This document shows, one piece after another, positions 1-10,668 of a stretch of 64,000 bases of DNA. Numbering within the stretch: the first letter of the stretch is position 1; each line of letters opens with the position of its first letter. The DNA is from Pseudomonadota bacterium (lineage in GTDB: Bacteria; Myxococcota; JACRCW01; JAFGSX01): assembly GCA_043821645.1 (NCBI GenBank), contig JBDRCO010000094.1, positions 70,769 through 134,768 on the forward strand, given 5' to 3'. A model generated the notes under the pieces. That model searched no databases and was not told where the DNA came from. It saw only the letters and a program-made list of their open reading frames with translations. Both the position numbers and the translations under genes were made by a program.

Positions 1-1001
1 CTGAGATCCGCGCCACTGCGCTGGTCTGGTCGCAGGTAGGGCACCTCGACAGGTTGGCCGGAGCTGCCCGACGCACCCGCAGGCACCGCGCCCACGCCAT
101 TGGTGTATCCAGGTGGGTTGTAGCGAGGCCCCACGACCATGGGGTAGCTGAACACGAAGGCGCCATCGCGATAGGGCAAGGCGTTGAAGTAGGTGATGTC
201 GATGGCTATGGCCTTGCCTGGTTCGATGTTGGCGACCTTCTGGGTGAAGATGTTGGGCCGCTCCTGGGTCAGCAGCGAAGCCACATGCCCGGCGGCGCGC
301 GCTTCGCGGTAGATCTTCTCGGCCTCGGCGCGCTCGCGCACGATGCCGCGGATGCGACGATCGCCCACCACCATCACGAACTCACTCACTGCCGCGTCGT
401 CTGGCAGCGGGAACACGTACACCGCCTCGATCTTGGCGTCGTAGGGATTGCGATAGGCCTGTACCACATGCACGGTGGCGATGTGGCCAGCGATGTCGGC
501 CTTGACGTCGGTGTGCTGCAAGGGCAAGGGCACGAAGCGGCCGTTTTCAAGCTCGGCGCGAAGTTCACCGGACCCGGGCTCGGTGGGATCTGGCGGCGCC
601 ACGTCGCCTTCTGGCTTGGCCTTGGCGATGACCCACAGCTCTTCGCGGCCACTCGCAAGATCTGCCAGTACGCGACGCGCGGACCCCTCGTTGCGCAGGC
701 GACGACGAGCTTCGAGGTACTGGCCATCGGGCTTCGTCAGGTCACCCTCGATGGTCCGGTCGTCGAAGTCGATGCGCGTCTTTTTCTTGTGCGAGACGCC
801 ATCCTGGGAGTCCCCACCCTCGGGGACGTCCTCGGCAAAGGCCTCGGCCGGATCCATGGGAGGGCCTGCCGACTCGGGCTCGTAGCCACGGCCGTAGTGC
901 GCACACATGGCCAGGGACATCAGCAGGGCTGGCCCGGCCAGCAGGGCGAGCAGGCGGGGCAGCGTCTTCGGGGCCCGTGTTCTCGTCGACGGTCGGGTCA
1001 T
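1..1001 (-). CDS. VIT (vault protein inter-alpha-trypsin) domain lipoprotein, 3' end outside window (probably VIT-VWA)
   Basis: Translated by hand because it is absent from the ORF track (it runs off the edge). ATG at 1001 overlaps the upstream TGA. MTRPSTRTRAPKTLPRLLALLAGPALLMSLAMC gives a signal peptide and lipobox-like Cys. VIT motifs: LPLQHTDVKADIAG...NPYDAKIEAVYVFPLPDDAAVSEFVMVVGDRRIRGIVRERAEAEKIY...LLTQERPNIFTQKVANIEPG...PMVVGPRY. Confidence 0.85.
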   Translation of the reverse strand, partial: MTRPSTRTRAPKTLPRLLALLAGPALLMSLAMCAHYGRGYEPESAGPPMDPAEAFAEDVPEGGDSQDGVSHKKKTRIDFDDRTIEGDLTKPDGQYLEARRRLRNEGSARRVLADLASGREELWVIAKAKPEGDVAPPDPTEPGSGELRAELENGRFVPLPLQHTDVKADIAGHIATVHVVQAYRNPYDAKIEAVYVFPLPDDAAVSEFVMVVGDRRIRGIVRERAEAEKIYREARAAGHVASLLTQERPNIFTQKVANIEPGKAIAIDITYFNALPYRDGAFVFSYPMVVGPRYNPPGYTNGVGAVPAGASGSSGQPVEVPYLRPDQRSGADL

Positions 1002-1429
1002 GGCTGGCTCCTGTGCTTGAGGTCGAAGCGGCACGCGATGGGCCGACCCTCGCGATCCACGCTGGCGATCACCTTGAGTGAGAAGGTGGGCTCCGCGCCT
1101 GCCAGGCGCAGGTGCAGGGTCAGCAACCGTGGTGATGTCGAGGGAAGGTCCGCCGCCGTGCTGAAGGCTGCGACCACGATGCGGCCGTGCATCAGGGCCG
1201 CGGGATCGTAGTAGGGCGCGTCCGAGAAAGGCTTGGACTCGCCGCCCTCGACCCCGACGATCTGGGCGTCCCCATCCGCCACGAGCTCGAGCTGGTACGC
1301 GGCCAGGGGGGCTCCGTCGCAGTCCATGGTCACGTCGAGGGGTGCAAAGCGAAGGCCCGAAGGCGATCCATCTTGGGCGCTCGCAGCAGATCCCAGGACC
1401 AGGCTCAGTATCAGCAGCGGGGTTCGCAT
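998..1429 (-). CDS. secreted small beta-sandwich protein, cohesin-like
   Basis: Signal peptide MRTPLLILSLVLGSAASA. Alternating beta-strand pattern (LAAYQLEL...IVGVEGG...GRIVVAAF...LLTLHL...VDREG) resembles cohesin. Translationally coupled to genes on both sides. Confidence 0.65.
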   Translation of the reverse strand: MRTPLLILSLVLGSAASAQDGSPSGLRFAPLDVTMDCDGAPLAAYQLELVADGDAQIVGVEGGESKPFSDAPYYDPAALMHGRIVVAAFSTAADLPSTSPRLLTLHLRLAGAEPTFSLKVIASVDREGRPIACRFDLKHRSQP

Positions 1430-1974
1430 CAGCGCCCTCCCCCACCCAGGGCCACAGCGCGTCGGGCGATGGCCTCGACATCGCTGGCGGTGATGACCTG
1501 GTCACCGTCGAGGTCGTGCAGCTTCAACGGGTCGCCGCGCTCCAGGCTGCGCGCCAGAAGCAGGGCGTCCACGATATTGACCTGCCCATCCGCATTGACG
1601 TCGCCAGCGATCCCGGGTGGCACTGCTGCCACCTCGGCTGAACGGTGCATTGTCATGGGTACGCTGATGGCGACGACGAGCCCCGCGGCCGCGGCCACCG
1701 GCGCTGCCCAGCGCAGCACTCGAACGACGGTGCTTTGCTGCCTGTGTCTCGTGCGCGCCCGGCGGGCGCTGTCCTGGACCATCTCCAGCAGCATGGCCTC
1801 GCGGGCCACCGACAGCGGTATGGTTTCCGGTTGCGCCTGGGCATCGCGCAGACTCTGCAGACGAGCGAGCTGCTGCTGGCAGGTGGTGCAACTCTGCAGG
1901 TGCTGCATCACCTCCGCCGAGGCCTCGCGGGTTCTGGCCAACTCGAGCTCGAGCATGTCGGGGTGTGTGGTCAT
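1429..1974 (-). CDS. zinc-binding anti-sigma factor (ZAS) with TM helix and C-terminal dockerin domain
   Basis: HLQSCTTC (HxxxCxxC), TM WAAPVAAAAGLVVAISVPM, and duplicated Ca-binding loop-helix repeats GDVNADGQVNIVDALLLARSL and DLDGDQVITASDVEAIARRAV. Confidence 0.85.
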   Translation of the reverse strand: MTTHPDMLELELARTREASAEVMQHLQSCTTCQQQLARLQSLRDAQAQPETIPLSVAREAMLLEMVQDSARRARTRHRQQSTVVRVLRWAAPVAAAAGLVVAISVPMTMHRSAEVAAVPPGIAGDVNADGQVNIVDALLLARSLERGDPLKLHDLDGDQVITASDVEAIARRAVALGGGGR

Positions 1975-1981
1975 CGTGTGC

Positions 1982-2011
1982 TGTCAGCGCTGCTCAGCCG
2001 CAAAAGGTTCA
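1982..2011 (-). promoter_or_regulatory. possible ECF-type promoter for the anti-sigma operon
   Basis: Minus strand reads TGAACCTTTT...GCTGACA just upstream of the ATG at 1974. An AAC-containing -35 is typical of ECF promoters. Confidence 0.3.
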
Positions 2012-2030
2012 CGGCATACGGCGGCGACAC

Positions 2031-2056
2031 GAACTTTTTTTGTCCTTCGGGCGTAA
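2031..2056 (+). promoter_or_regulatory. possible ECF-type promoter (GAACTT-N15-CGTAA) facing the DUF1697 gene
   Basis: GAACTT at 2031-2036 and CGTAA at 2052-2056, within an AT-rich patch. Confidence 0.35.
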
Positions 2057-2211
2057 CGTGGCGTTTTGTTTGGCGATGGATGAACCGGTCGGGACTGCGC
2101 CCTTGGCCCGGACGAGCACCGCCAGGTGTGCCCCCTGGTGGCTTTGGCCTAAATAAGCGTGTTACGACGACCTACCCGGCCTCGCACAAGCGTTAGGACA
2201 GGGGACACCCC

Positions 2212-2754
2212 ATGCCGCGCCACATCGCCCTGCTTCGTGCCGTCAACGTGACCGGTCACAACAAGCTCGCCATGGCCGATCTCCGGACCATGGCCGAGTC
2301 CCTGGGGTTCGAGGACGTGCAGACGATCCTGCAAAGCGGCAACCTCGTGTTCTCGTGCGCTGGGCACACCACCGCCAGGCTCGAGGAGACGCTACAGGAT
2401 GCGGCGCGCGCGCAGCTTGGACTGGACACGGACTTCATGGTGCGCACGGTGCGTGAGTGGAGAGCCATCATCGACGGCAATCCCATGCCGGAGCAGGCCA
2501 GGGACGACCCAGCTCATCTACTCTTGCTCGTCCTCAAGGCCAAACCTGCCATGACGGAGGCTCGGTCTATCCAGAACTCCATCCCCGGCCGCGAGAAGCT
2601 TCACCTCGGCGAGCGCCACGCCTACATTCACTATGCGGATGGCGTCGGCCGCTCCAAGCTCACCACGGCCTGGCTGGACAAGAAGCTCGGCACGCGCGGC
2701 ACAGCCCGCAACTGGAACACGGTGCTCAAGCTGGCAGCCCTCGTCGGGGCTTGA
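2212..2754 (+). CDS. DUF1697 family protein
   Basis: HIALLRAVNVTGHNKLAMADLR...VQTILQSGNLVF...TARNWNTVLKL; GGGG RBS-like run upstream. Confidence 0.9.
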   Translation: MPRHIALLRAVNVTGHNKLAMADLRTMAESLGFEDVQTILQSGNLVFSCAGHTTARLEETLQDAARAQLGLDTDFMVRTVREWRAIIDGNPMPEQARDDPAHLLLLVLKAKPAMTEARSIQNSIPGREKLHLGERHAYIHYADGVGRSKLTTAWLDKKLGTRGTARNWNTVLKLAALVGA

Positions 2755-2822
2755 GCAAGCACCTGAGCGACCGCCCACCCCTGTTGTCTGCAACAGTCGC
2801 GACGGAGTCCGGGCGTGGGCTG

Positions 2823-3362
2823 TCAGGGGGCCTCGGTTGTGAGCTGCAGCTTCTTCAAGGCGTTGTGCAGTCTGGACTTCACGGTACCCAGGGGCAGGTC
2901 GAGGGCCTGGGCAATCTCGTCGAGCGAAAAATCCAGGGCGAAGCGCAGCCGCACCACCTCGCGATGGGTTTCGGGGAGTTCCTGGATCATGCGCTCGAAA
3001 TCTCCCGCGGCGGGCGGCTCCCAGCGCAGGTCAGGCAGGTCGCGCCCGGCCAGGTGATCGTCCAGCCGCACCACCTTGCGCCGCTTGCGAAACAGCGAGA
3101 TGCAGCGGTGCTTGATCACGGGGTAGAGGAAGGCGCGCAGACTGGCGCGCAGCACAAAGCCAGGAAAGCGAGCAAACAGTTCGACAAAGGCCTCCTGCAT
3201 CACGTCCAGGGCGTCGTCGCGGTCTGCGGTGAAGCGAAAGGCGAGAGCCGAGGCCCAGTCGCGATGGCGCAGCATGATCTCGACAAAGGCAGCTTCCTCG
3301 CCGTGATTGGCGAGCCTTGCCAGCGCCTGCTCGTCGAGCTCTGCATGAGGCCGCGGGGTCAT
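2823..3362 (-). CDS. ECF RNA polymerase sigma-70 family factor
   Basis: Region 2 (DDALDVMQEAFVELF) and region 4 (LPETHREVVRLRF...SLDEIAQALDLPLGTVKSRLHNALKKL). Confidence 0.93.
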   Translation of the reverse strand: MTPRPHAELDEQALARLANHGEEAAFVEIMLRHRDWASALAFRFTADRDDALDVMQEAFVELFARFPGFVLRASLRAFLYPVIKHRCISLFRKRRKVVRLDDHLAGRDLPDLRWEPPAAGDFERMIQELPETHREVVRLRFALDFSLDEIAQALDLPLGTVKSRLHNALKKLQLTTEAP

Positions 3363-3435
3363 GGAGCAGAGGTCCTACCCCGGAGCCTGGGCCACAGCAA
3401 CCAGGGACCGCCTCCCCGGGGCAGGGATGTCACAC

Positions 3436-6400
3436 CTAGTGTCGCGTGAGCAGATGCCGCATGGCCGCCAGGTAGCGATCGCCAGAGGACAGGTAGAAGG
3501 CCAGGGCGCGCTCGAAGCGCTTGCCCACGAGGCCCTTGAGCAGCATCTCGGACACCAGGCGCTTGCGCGTGAGCACCTGCTGGGACAACCACAGGACCTG
3601 CTTCTCCTCGTCGGACATGTGCTGCGTGAACTGCCGCAGCGCGGTCTGGGCGCGCGGCTGGTACATCCAGAAGTAGAGCAGATCAAGGGCGTTGACGACG
3701 AGCAGGTGCAGCACGTCCTCGGCACGGTCCTTCAGCCTGTGCACGAGTTCCTTGGGGGCGTCGATCAGGTGAAGTACCTCCGCCTCGGGGAAGGCCATCT
3801 CCATGCGACCATGAGCGTCGAAGAGCTGCTCCAGCTTCTCGCGATAGTCCATGGTTCGATGGGACAGGTTGTGCTGACGATCCGCGGAGCCCTCGATGAT
3901 CGCAGCGACCAGGTCAGAAGCTGCCTTGGAGATGACGGCAGCCCACAGCTGCAGGCCGGCCTGGATATCGAGTTCGCTCAGCCCCGCCCTCCTGGCGAGG
4001 GTGAACAGCAACGCATTCAGGCCCACGGCGACCGGGATGGAGATCACGGTGCGAAAGAAGTTGCCGACGATCGCCGCGAGCGGGAGCCCCCGGTAGGTGT
4101 TGTGGCTGGAGATGTAAATGCCGTTGGCCAGCGCCATCACCGAGTACAGCAACAGGGGGCCGGTCGTCGTGGTCACGCCCAGACTGCGCGAGAGCAGCAG
4201 GTCCTTGACCAAAAAGTCGAGCAGTGGCACCGAGAAGCCGGTGAACAGCAGCGAGTCCGCCACCCGGTTCCAGGAAACGAAGTCGTTCCAGTGCAGCAGC
4301 GATCGCGGACGCAGACCGCCGCCCCCGACGATGGACTGCACGATGTTGCGCCCGCCGGTGATGGCGAACCAGATGACCGCACCGAACCAGGACAGCAGCC
4401 ACCAGTCCTTGGTCAAAAAGAAAGTCAAAAAGGCCGGAATGAAGCCAAGGGTGATCTTGCCGATGTTGAGAAGTGCGCTGTTCAGCTGCGCCAGACCCGG
4501 GCCAGACGCGTTGTTCTCTCGGGCGCCCGCCAGACAGCTTGCCAGGCCATTGCCTGTCTCCTCGGCCAGACCTCCCAAGGACGCGATGTTGCCCTGCGCG
4601 CTGAGCGTGGTCGCGTTGTGGCCCACGCTCCAGGTGACCTGCCGCCCGTTGTCGACGAACCACACCGCAGACGAGCGCGGCCCTCGCGGCTGGCGCGGAT
4701 CGCCGTGGGCACCGCGCGACTTCACGGTCTCGCTGATTTGCCTCTGCACCGTGGTGGTCACCGGAACAAGACTGAAACCATCGCGACGCAACTGCCGGCG
4801 TGCGCGCGGTGGAAGTGTCGACACGACGACGAGGCCCATACCCCGGGAGTGGCGCGAGCGGCCAATGGAGTCGCTCCCCAGGCGACTGTGTAGCCTGTTG
4901 GTGCGATAGCACTCGAGCAGCCCTGGGAGATCTCGCAGGATGCCGCGAAGGTTCTCGCACTGCTCCGCACTTCCCGCCCGCGGATCCTGCTCCAGCTCGT
5001 GCAGGAGGGTGCGCACCAGGCGCTTGGCCTCGACCACGTTGCCACTGTTGAGCACGAGGCGCAGGTCATTGATCCGAGTACGGTGCTCGGTGCGTCCTTG
5101 CGCCCAGTCCTTGAGGTTGAAGATCTCTAGGTGGCTGACGTGGCCTCCGCCCTCATGCAGCACCTGCAGCACGTGCGCCGGCTCCAGGTTGGTCGGATTG
5201 AGGGTGATGCGCGACCGGCACGGCAAAGCACCGAGCCTGGCGATCATGGCTGCCGGTCCCAGGCGGAGAAGGTCAGGGACATCGTCACTCTCGCTGGGCC
5301 GGGAGGGATTGGATGCCGTCGGATTGATTTCAGGGCGCAGATAGCGCTCGACCAGGACCTCGGGGACCAGCTCATCCAACGACCTTATCAACGCAGCGAG
5401 GTGGTTCTTCTCCCCTCCCGTGGCCTCGTCATGTTGCGCACACAATTCCTGCACGCGCGCACGGAGCAGTGGCAGCAGGGCGGCATGGACGAACTCGGCA
5501 AGGTGCACCAGCGAAGCCTGCGCGGGGCCGACGAAGAGGGAGAAGGCCTCCTCATCCAGTGGCGGCAGCTCGATGCCGAACTCCTGGTTGAGGGCCGGCA
5601 GGTGGCGGGCATTGAAGCTGCGGAGCAGCTCGAGGATGGCGCGACGCTCGTACGCTGCGACCTCGCGCCCCTGGGCCATAAAGCGCTCGACCTCGGGCTC
5701 CTGCAAGAAGCTCACGAAGTCACGGCGGTTGAGGAAACCGCGCGGTGCCCACACCAGATGCGCGTAGCGATCCCGCAGTCGCGCCGACACCTCGACACCG
5801 ATACGCACGTCGACGCCCATGATCTCGGCGGCCTCGAGCAGCTCGGCGGCGACCTCCGGGCGCACGTGGTTGTAGTAGATGACGCCGAGAAAGCGCAGAC
5901 CCTTGATCCACGCGTCCATGATGAGGTGTGTCGGTGACTTGCGCCCCTTGGTGTTGGCGTCGTGCACATGATGGTCGAAGGCCAGCTGGTTCCAGGCCTC
6001 GGGCATCTCCAGCAGGTGATAGCGCCGCAGCTGGTTGCGGATGCGGCGCGGATTGCCCGACGAGGCCTCGCGAAAATCGTGAGCCAGCGCGAGCTGCCTG
6101 TCCTCGTCCCCCCGGGCACGCACCAGCTCCTTCATGATCTGCAACAGCACCCGCGCCACGTTCAGGCGAAGCTTCTGGCTGCTGTCGTGCATGACCTCGG
6201 CGCGAACCTCGCGCAGAGCCGCGATGCGCTCCTGCGCGGTTCCCTCGTGCAGGGTCTCCAGCAGGTCCACCATCGCAGCGGCCAGGCGCAACGACTTGGG
6301 AGCAGCCAGTTCCTTGATGCCGCGTGGATGCAGATACGGGTCAAACAGTCGGCGGATTAGGGCCGGGCCCTTGCCTCGCTTGGAGGCCCTCCCGACCATC

Positions 6401-6456
6401 TCCAGCATGCGCAGATCGCCGGCATCAAAGAGTAGGGGATTGCGCTGCGTGTTCAA
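3436..6456 (-). CDS. large hypothetical protein: PHP-like domain plus C-terminal multi-pass membrane domain
   Basis: DHHVHDANTKGRKSPTHLI...GVDVRIGVEVS...HLEIFN...LGSDSIG follow the PHP-fold motif order. Several hydrophobic helices occur after about residue 660. TTG start. Confidence 0.75.
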   Translation of the reverse strand: MNTQRNPLLFDAGDLRMLEMVGRASKRGKGPALIRRLFDPYLHPRGIKELAAPKSLRLAAAMVDLLETLHEGTAQERIAALREVRAEVMHDSSQKLRLNVARVLLQIMKELVRARGDEDRQLALAHDFREASSGNPRRIRNQLRRYHLLEMPEAWNQLAFDHHVHDANTKGRKSPTHLIMDAWIKGLRFLGVIYYNHVRPEVAAELLEAAEIMGVDVRIGVEVSARLRDRYAHLVWAPRGFLNRRDFVSFLQEPEVERFMAQGREVAAYERRAILELLRSFNARHLPALNQEFGIELPPLDEEAFSLFVGPAQASLVHLAEFVHAALLPLLRARVQELCAQHDEATGGEKNHLAALIRSLDELVPEVLVERYLRPEINPTASNPSRPSESDDVPDLLRLGPAAMIARLGALPCRSRITLNPTNLEPAHVLQVLHEGGGHVSHLEIFNLKDWAQGRTEHRTRINDLRLVLNSGNVVEAKRLVRTLLHELEQDPRAGSAEQCENLRGILRDLPGLLECYRTNRLHSRLGSDSIGRSRHSRGMGLVVVSTLPPRARRQLRRDGFSLVPVTTTVQRQISETVKSRGAHGDPRQPRGPRSSAVWFVDNGRQVTWSVGHNATTLSAQGNIASLGGLAEETGNGLASCLAGARENNASGPGLAQLNSALLNIGKITLGFIPAFLTFFLTKDWWLLSWFGAVIWFAITGGRNIVQSIVGGGGLRPRSLLHWNDFVSWNRVADSLLFTGFSVPLLDFLVKDLLLSRSLGVTTTTGPLLLYSVMALANGIYISSHNTYRGLPLAAIVGNFFRTVISIPVAVGLNALLFTLARRAGLSELDIQAGLQLWAAVISKAASDLVAAIIEGSADRQHNLSHRTMDYREKLEQLFDAHGRMEMAFPEAEVLHLIDAPKELVHRLKDRAEDVLHLLVVNALDLLYFWMYQPRAQTALRQFTQHMSDEEKQVLWLSQQVLTRKRLVSEMLLKGLVGKRFERALAFYLSSGDRYLAAMRHLLTRH

Positions 6457-6592
6457 CGTCGGCCAGCTCCCGGAACAGGGACAGACCGTTAGAGATACAC
6501 CCGTCGTACTGCACGTACAAGAATGGCTCCCCGGCGAGGACAGCCAGTCCCGTTGTCATTCTGGCCAACGACCTCGGCGCGCCTGCACTGCC

Positions 6593-8545
<1,953 letters not shown>

Positions 8546-8713
8546 GAGAGGTCCTTTCCCGTGATGCGAAAACCCACCCGATGCTGCCAGCGTGCGATAC
8601 GTGGCAACGTCGTGTTAGATAGCCCGGATGTCGACACACGCACGTCAGGCGGCCGTCACCACGACGCGGTGCATCAGACAGGACTCTTGCGGCCAGCCGA
8701 CCTGGGAGAGCTG

Positions 8714-10537
8714 ATGTCCTCGGCGAACACATCGCGGCTGGTCCCGGTGGCAGTGGTTCTTGGCGCAGTGTGCGCTCTTGCAGGGACAGCTTTCGCGGCA
8801 GCACTGGTGGCCGAGGGCCAGCTGGGGGACTGGCTCCTGCGCATGGGCTGGTGGTCCTATCCGCTGCGCGGCCTGGCCCTGGTTCAGCTCGTGATCTCCA
8901 TCGTGCTCGGCCTGCGCGCGCTCAAGCGACCGGTGCCGGCTTGGCAGTTCCTGATACTTCCCGATCTCTCCATCCTCGTCGGCGTCATCGGTACCTGGTC
9001 CGGGTTGCGCATGGGGTCGCAGGTCCTGGCTGCCGTTGCCCTGGAGCAGCGACTGCCCATCTGGGCCGCGGTGCGCGCCGAGGCAGGACTGGCCCTGGTG
9101 CTGGCCGTGCTGGTGGCGGCCCAGGGCTGCGTTGGCCTGACCCTGGCCTCCAGTCTCACAGCCTGGCAGCACCGTCGTCGGCAGCAGGACTCGACCACCT
9201 GGCCTCTGGCCCTGGCCGTGTTCACCAGCAGCGTGTTCATGTGTGTGGCGCTGGGTCTGCTCCTCACGAGCAACTTCGGCGACGCGGATGTCGGGCGCCT
9301 CGCCTGGCTGTTGCTGTGGGTACTCGGACTTGGCCTGGCCCTGGTCCCGGCGGCCCTCGGCAGCGCCTCCCTGCTCACATCGTCGCATGACGACGAGCGC
9401 GGCGCAGGCCTGGGGCTCGCCGTGCGGGCCGCTTACGGGGCCGGTCTGACCGTGGCGCTGCACGCTCTGGCACTCTGGCAAGGGCACGTTGCCTCAGCGC
9501 TGAGTGCCATGAGTGCAGTCGACACCTCCGATTCCGCCGAGCTCGTCGCGCGCGTCCAGGTCGGTCTTGCACGGACCCTTGGTTCGACGAGCGGTGCAGC
9601 TCTCGCCGGCGCGGTGCTGGCCCTTGTTCTCGTTCTTCCAATGGCCATCAAGGTACGACCCACAGCCCGCCAGCTTCGCGCCACCGAGGCGGCCCTGCTG
9701 CTGCCAGGTCTCCCGCTGCTGGGAGTCTTGATGCTTGGATCTTCGAGTAACGACCGGGGCACACAGGCCATGTCGGCAGTGCTGGAGCGAACGCCTCACG
9801 ATGTGGACCTGCCTGTCCTCGACAGCGTCGAGGATCTGGCCTCGCAGGTCCCACTGGTGAGACTGACCACCCAGGGGCTGCGCGTGGACGGCGACCTCAC
9901 ACGGAAGCTCCCAGCGGCGGAGCCTGGTGAGGACGGATCCTGTCCCTGGCTCCAGGTCGCTGCCCCCGCGAGTCTCGACATGGCGACGCTCCGCCCGCTT
10001 GCGCGAGGCCTGTACGAGACAGGGGCCTGCGAGCTCGCCCTGGTCGTTGAGCGCCCCGGAGCAGAGCAACGCAGCCATCATGGGACCCTGCCCTGGCCCG
10101 GCATCCCTTCCGCCTTGCGCCGCGACCTCGACAACCTGGCGCAGCTGCGCTTCGAGCGCTGGGGTCTGATCCGAGTGCGCCTCGATCCGCTGCCCGCCGC
10201 AGCTCTCACCGCGGTGTGCCGCGTCGAGCTGAGCGGCCCGCAGACCAGCTTCACCGTGGACGCGGACAGCCGACACACCCCGCTTCGACGCATCGCCGGC
10301 GGCGAGGTGGATCCCGCAGAGCTGCAGGCGATCTGGCGAACCTCGGTGCAGCGTGGTGCCTCGTGCTCGGCGCTCCGGGTGGTCACCGACGAAGGAACCA
10401 CGCTGCGCGCCCTGCTCAGCGTTGTGGCTGCCACCCAGGTGCAGCGCCCGACCAGCGACCTCGGCGCCGATCCTTTTGGTTACGATGCTGCAGCGCGCCT
10501 GACGTCCCTGTTCGCCTCGGTGCACTGGAATCCATGA
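8714..10537 (+). CDS. multi-pass membrane protein with MotA/TolQ/ExbB-like hairpin(s) and a C-terminal extracytoplasmic region with ExbD/TolR-like repeats
   Basis: The real gene is the 3' part of ORF 6134..10537, with ATG at 8714 after GGGAG. About 9-10 hydrophobic helices, including LVGVIGTWSGL...AEAG. The C-terminal region has LQVAAPASLDMATLRPLARGL...ELALVV and LRVVTDEGTTLRALLSVVAA. Confidence 0.6.
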   Translation: MSSANTSRLVPVAVVLGAVCALAGTAFAAALVAEGQLGDWLLRMGWWSYPLRGLALVQLVISIVLGLRALKRPVPAWQFLILPDLSILVGVIGTWSGLRMGSQVLAAVALEQRLPIWAAVRAEAGLALVLAVLVAAQGCVGLTLASSLTAWQHRRRQQDSTTWPLALAVFTSSVFMCVALGLLLTSNFGDADVGRLAWLLLWVLGLGLALVPAALGSASLLTSSHDDERGAGLGLAVRAAYGAGLTVALHALALWQGHVASALSAMSAVDTSDSAELVARVQVGLARTLGSTSGAALAGAVLALVLVLPMAIKVRPTARQLRATEAALLLPGLPLLGVLMLGSSSNDRGTQAMSAVLERTPHDVDLPVLDSVEDLASQVPLVRLTTQGLRVDGDLTRKLPAAEPGEDGSCPWLQVAAPASLDMATLRPLARGLYETGACELALVVERPGAEQRSHHGTLPWPGIPSALRRDLDNLAQLRFERWGLIRVRLDPLPAAALTAVCRVELSGPQTSFTVDADSRHTPLRRIAGGEVDPAELQAIWRTSVQRGASCSALRVVTDEGTTLRALLSVVAATQVQRPTSDLGADPFGYDAAARLTSLFASVHWNP

Positions 10538-10668
10538 CCCGGCAATCGCAATTCTTGTGACCGGGCTTTGGCAAGACGCCGGATAGGCGCCACCTCCCAC
10601 CACTGGTTCAATGCAGGCATTGGGGAGCTGCTCTCCTCACCCTTCTTCACCGGAGTGTGGAGGTTCAC

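Noticed and set aside
10604-10619. Sigma54 promoter upstream of the porin (GG-N10-GC)
   Set aside because: Only the minimal dinucleotides match (TGGTTC...AGGC), a poor fit to TGGCAC-N5-TTGC.
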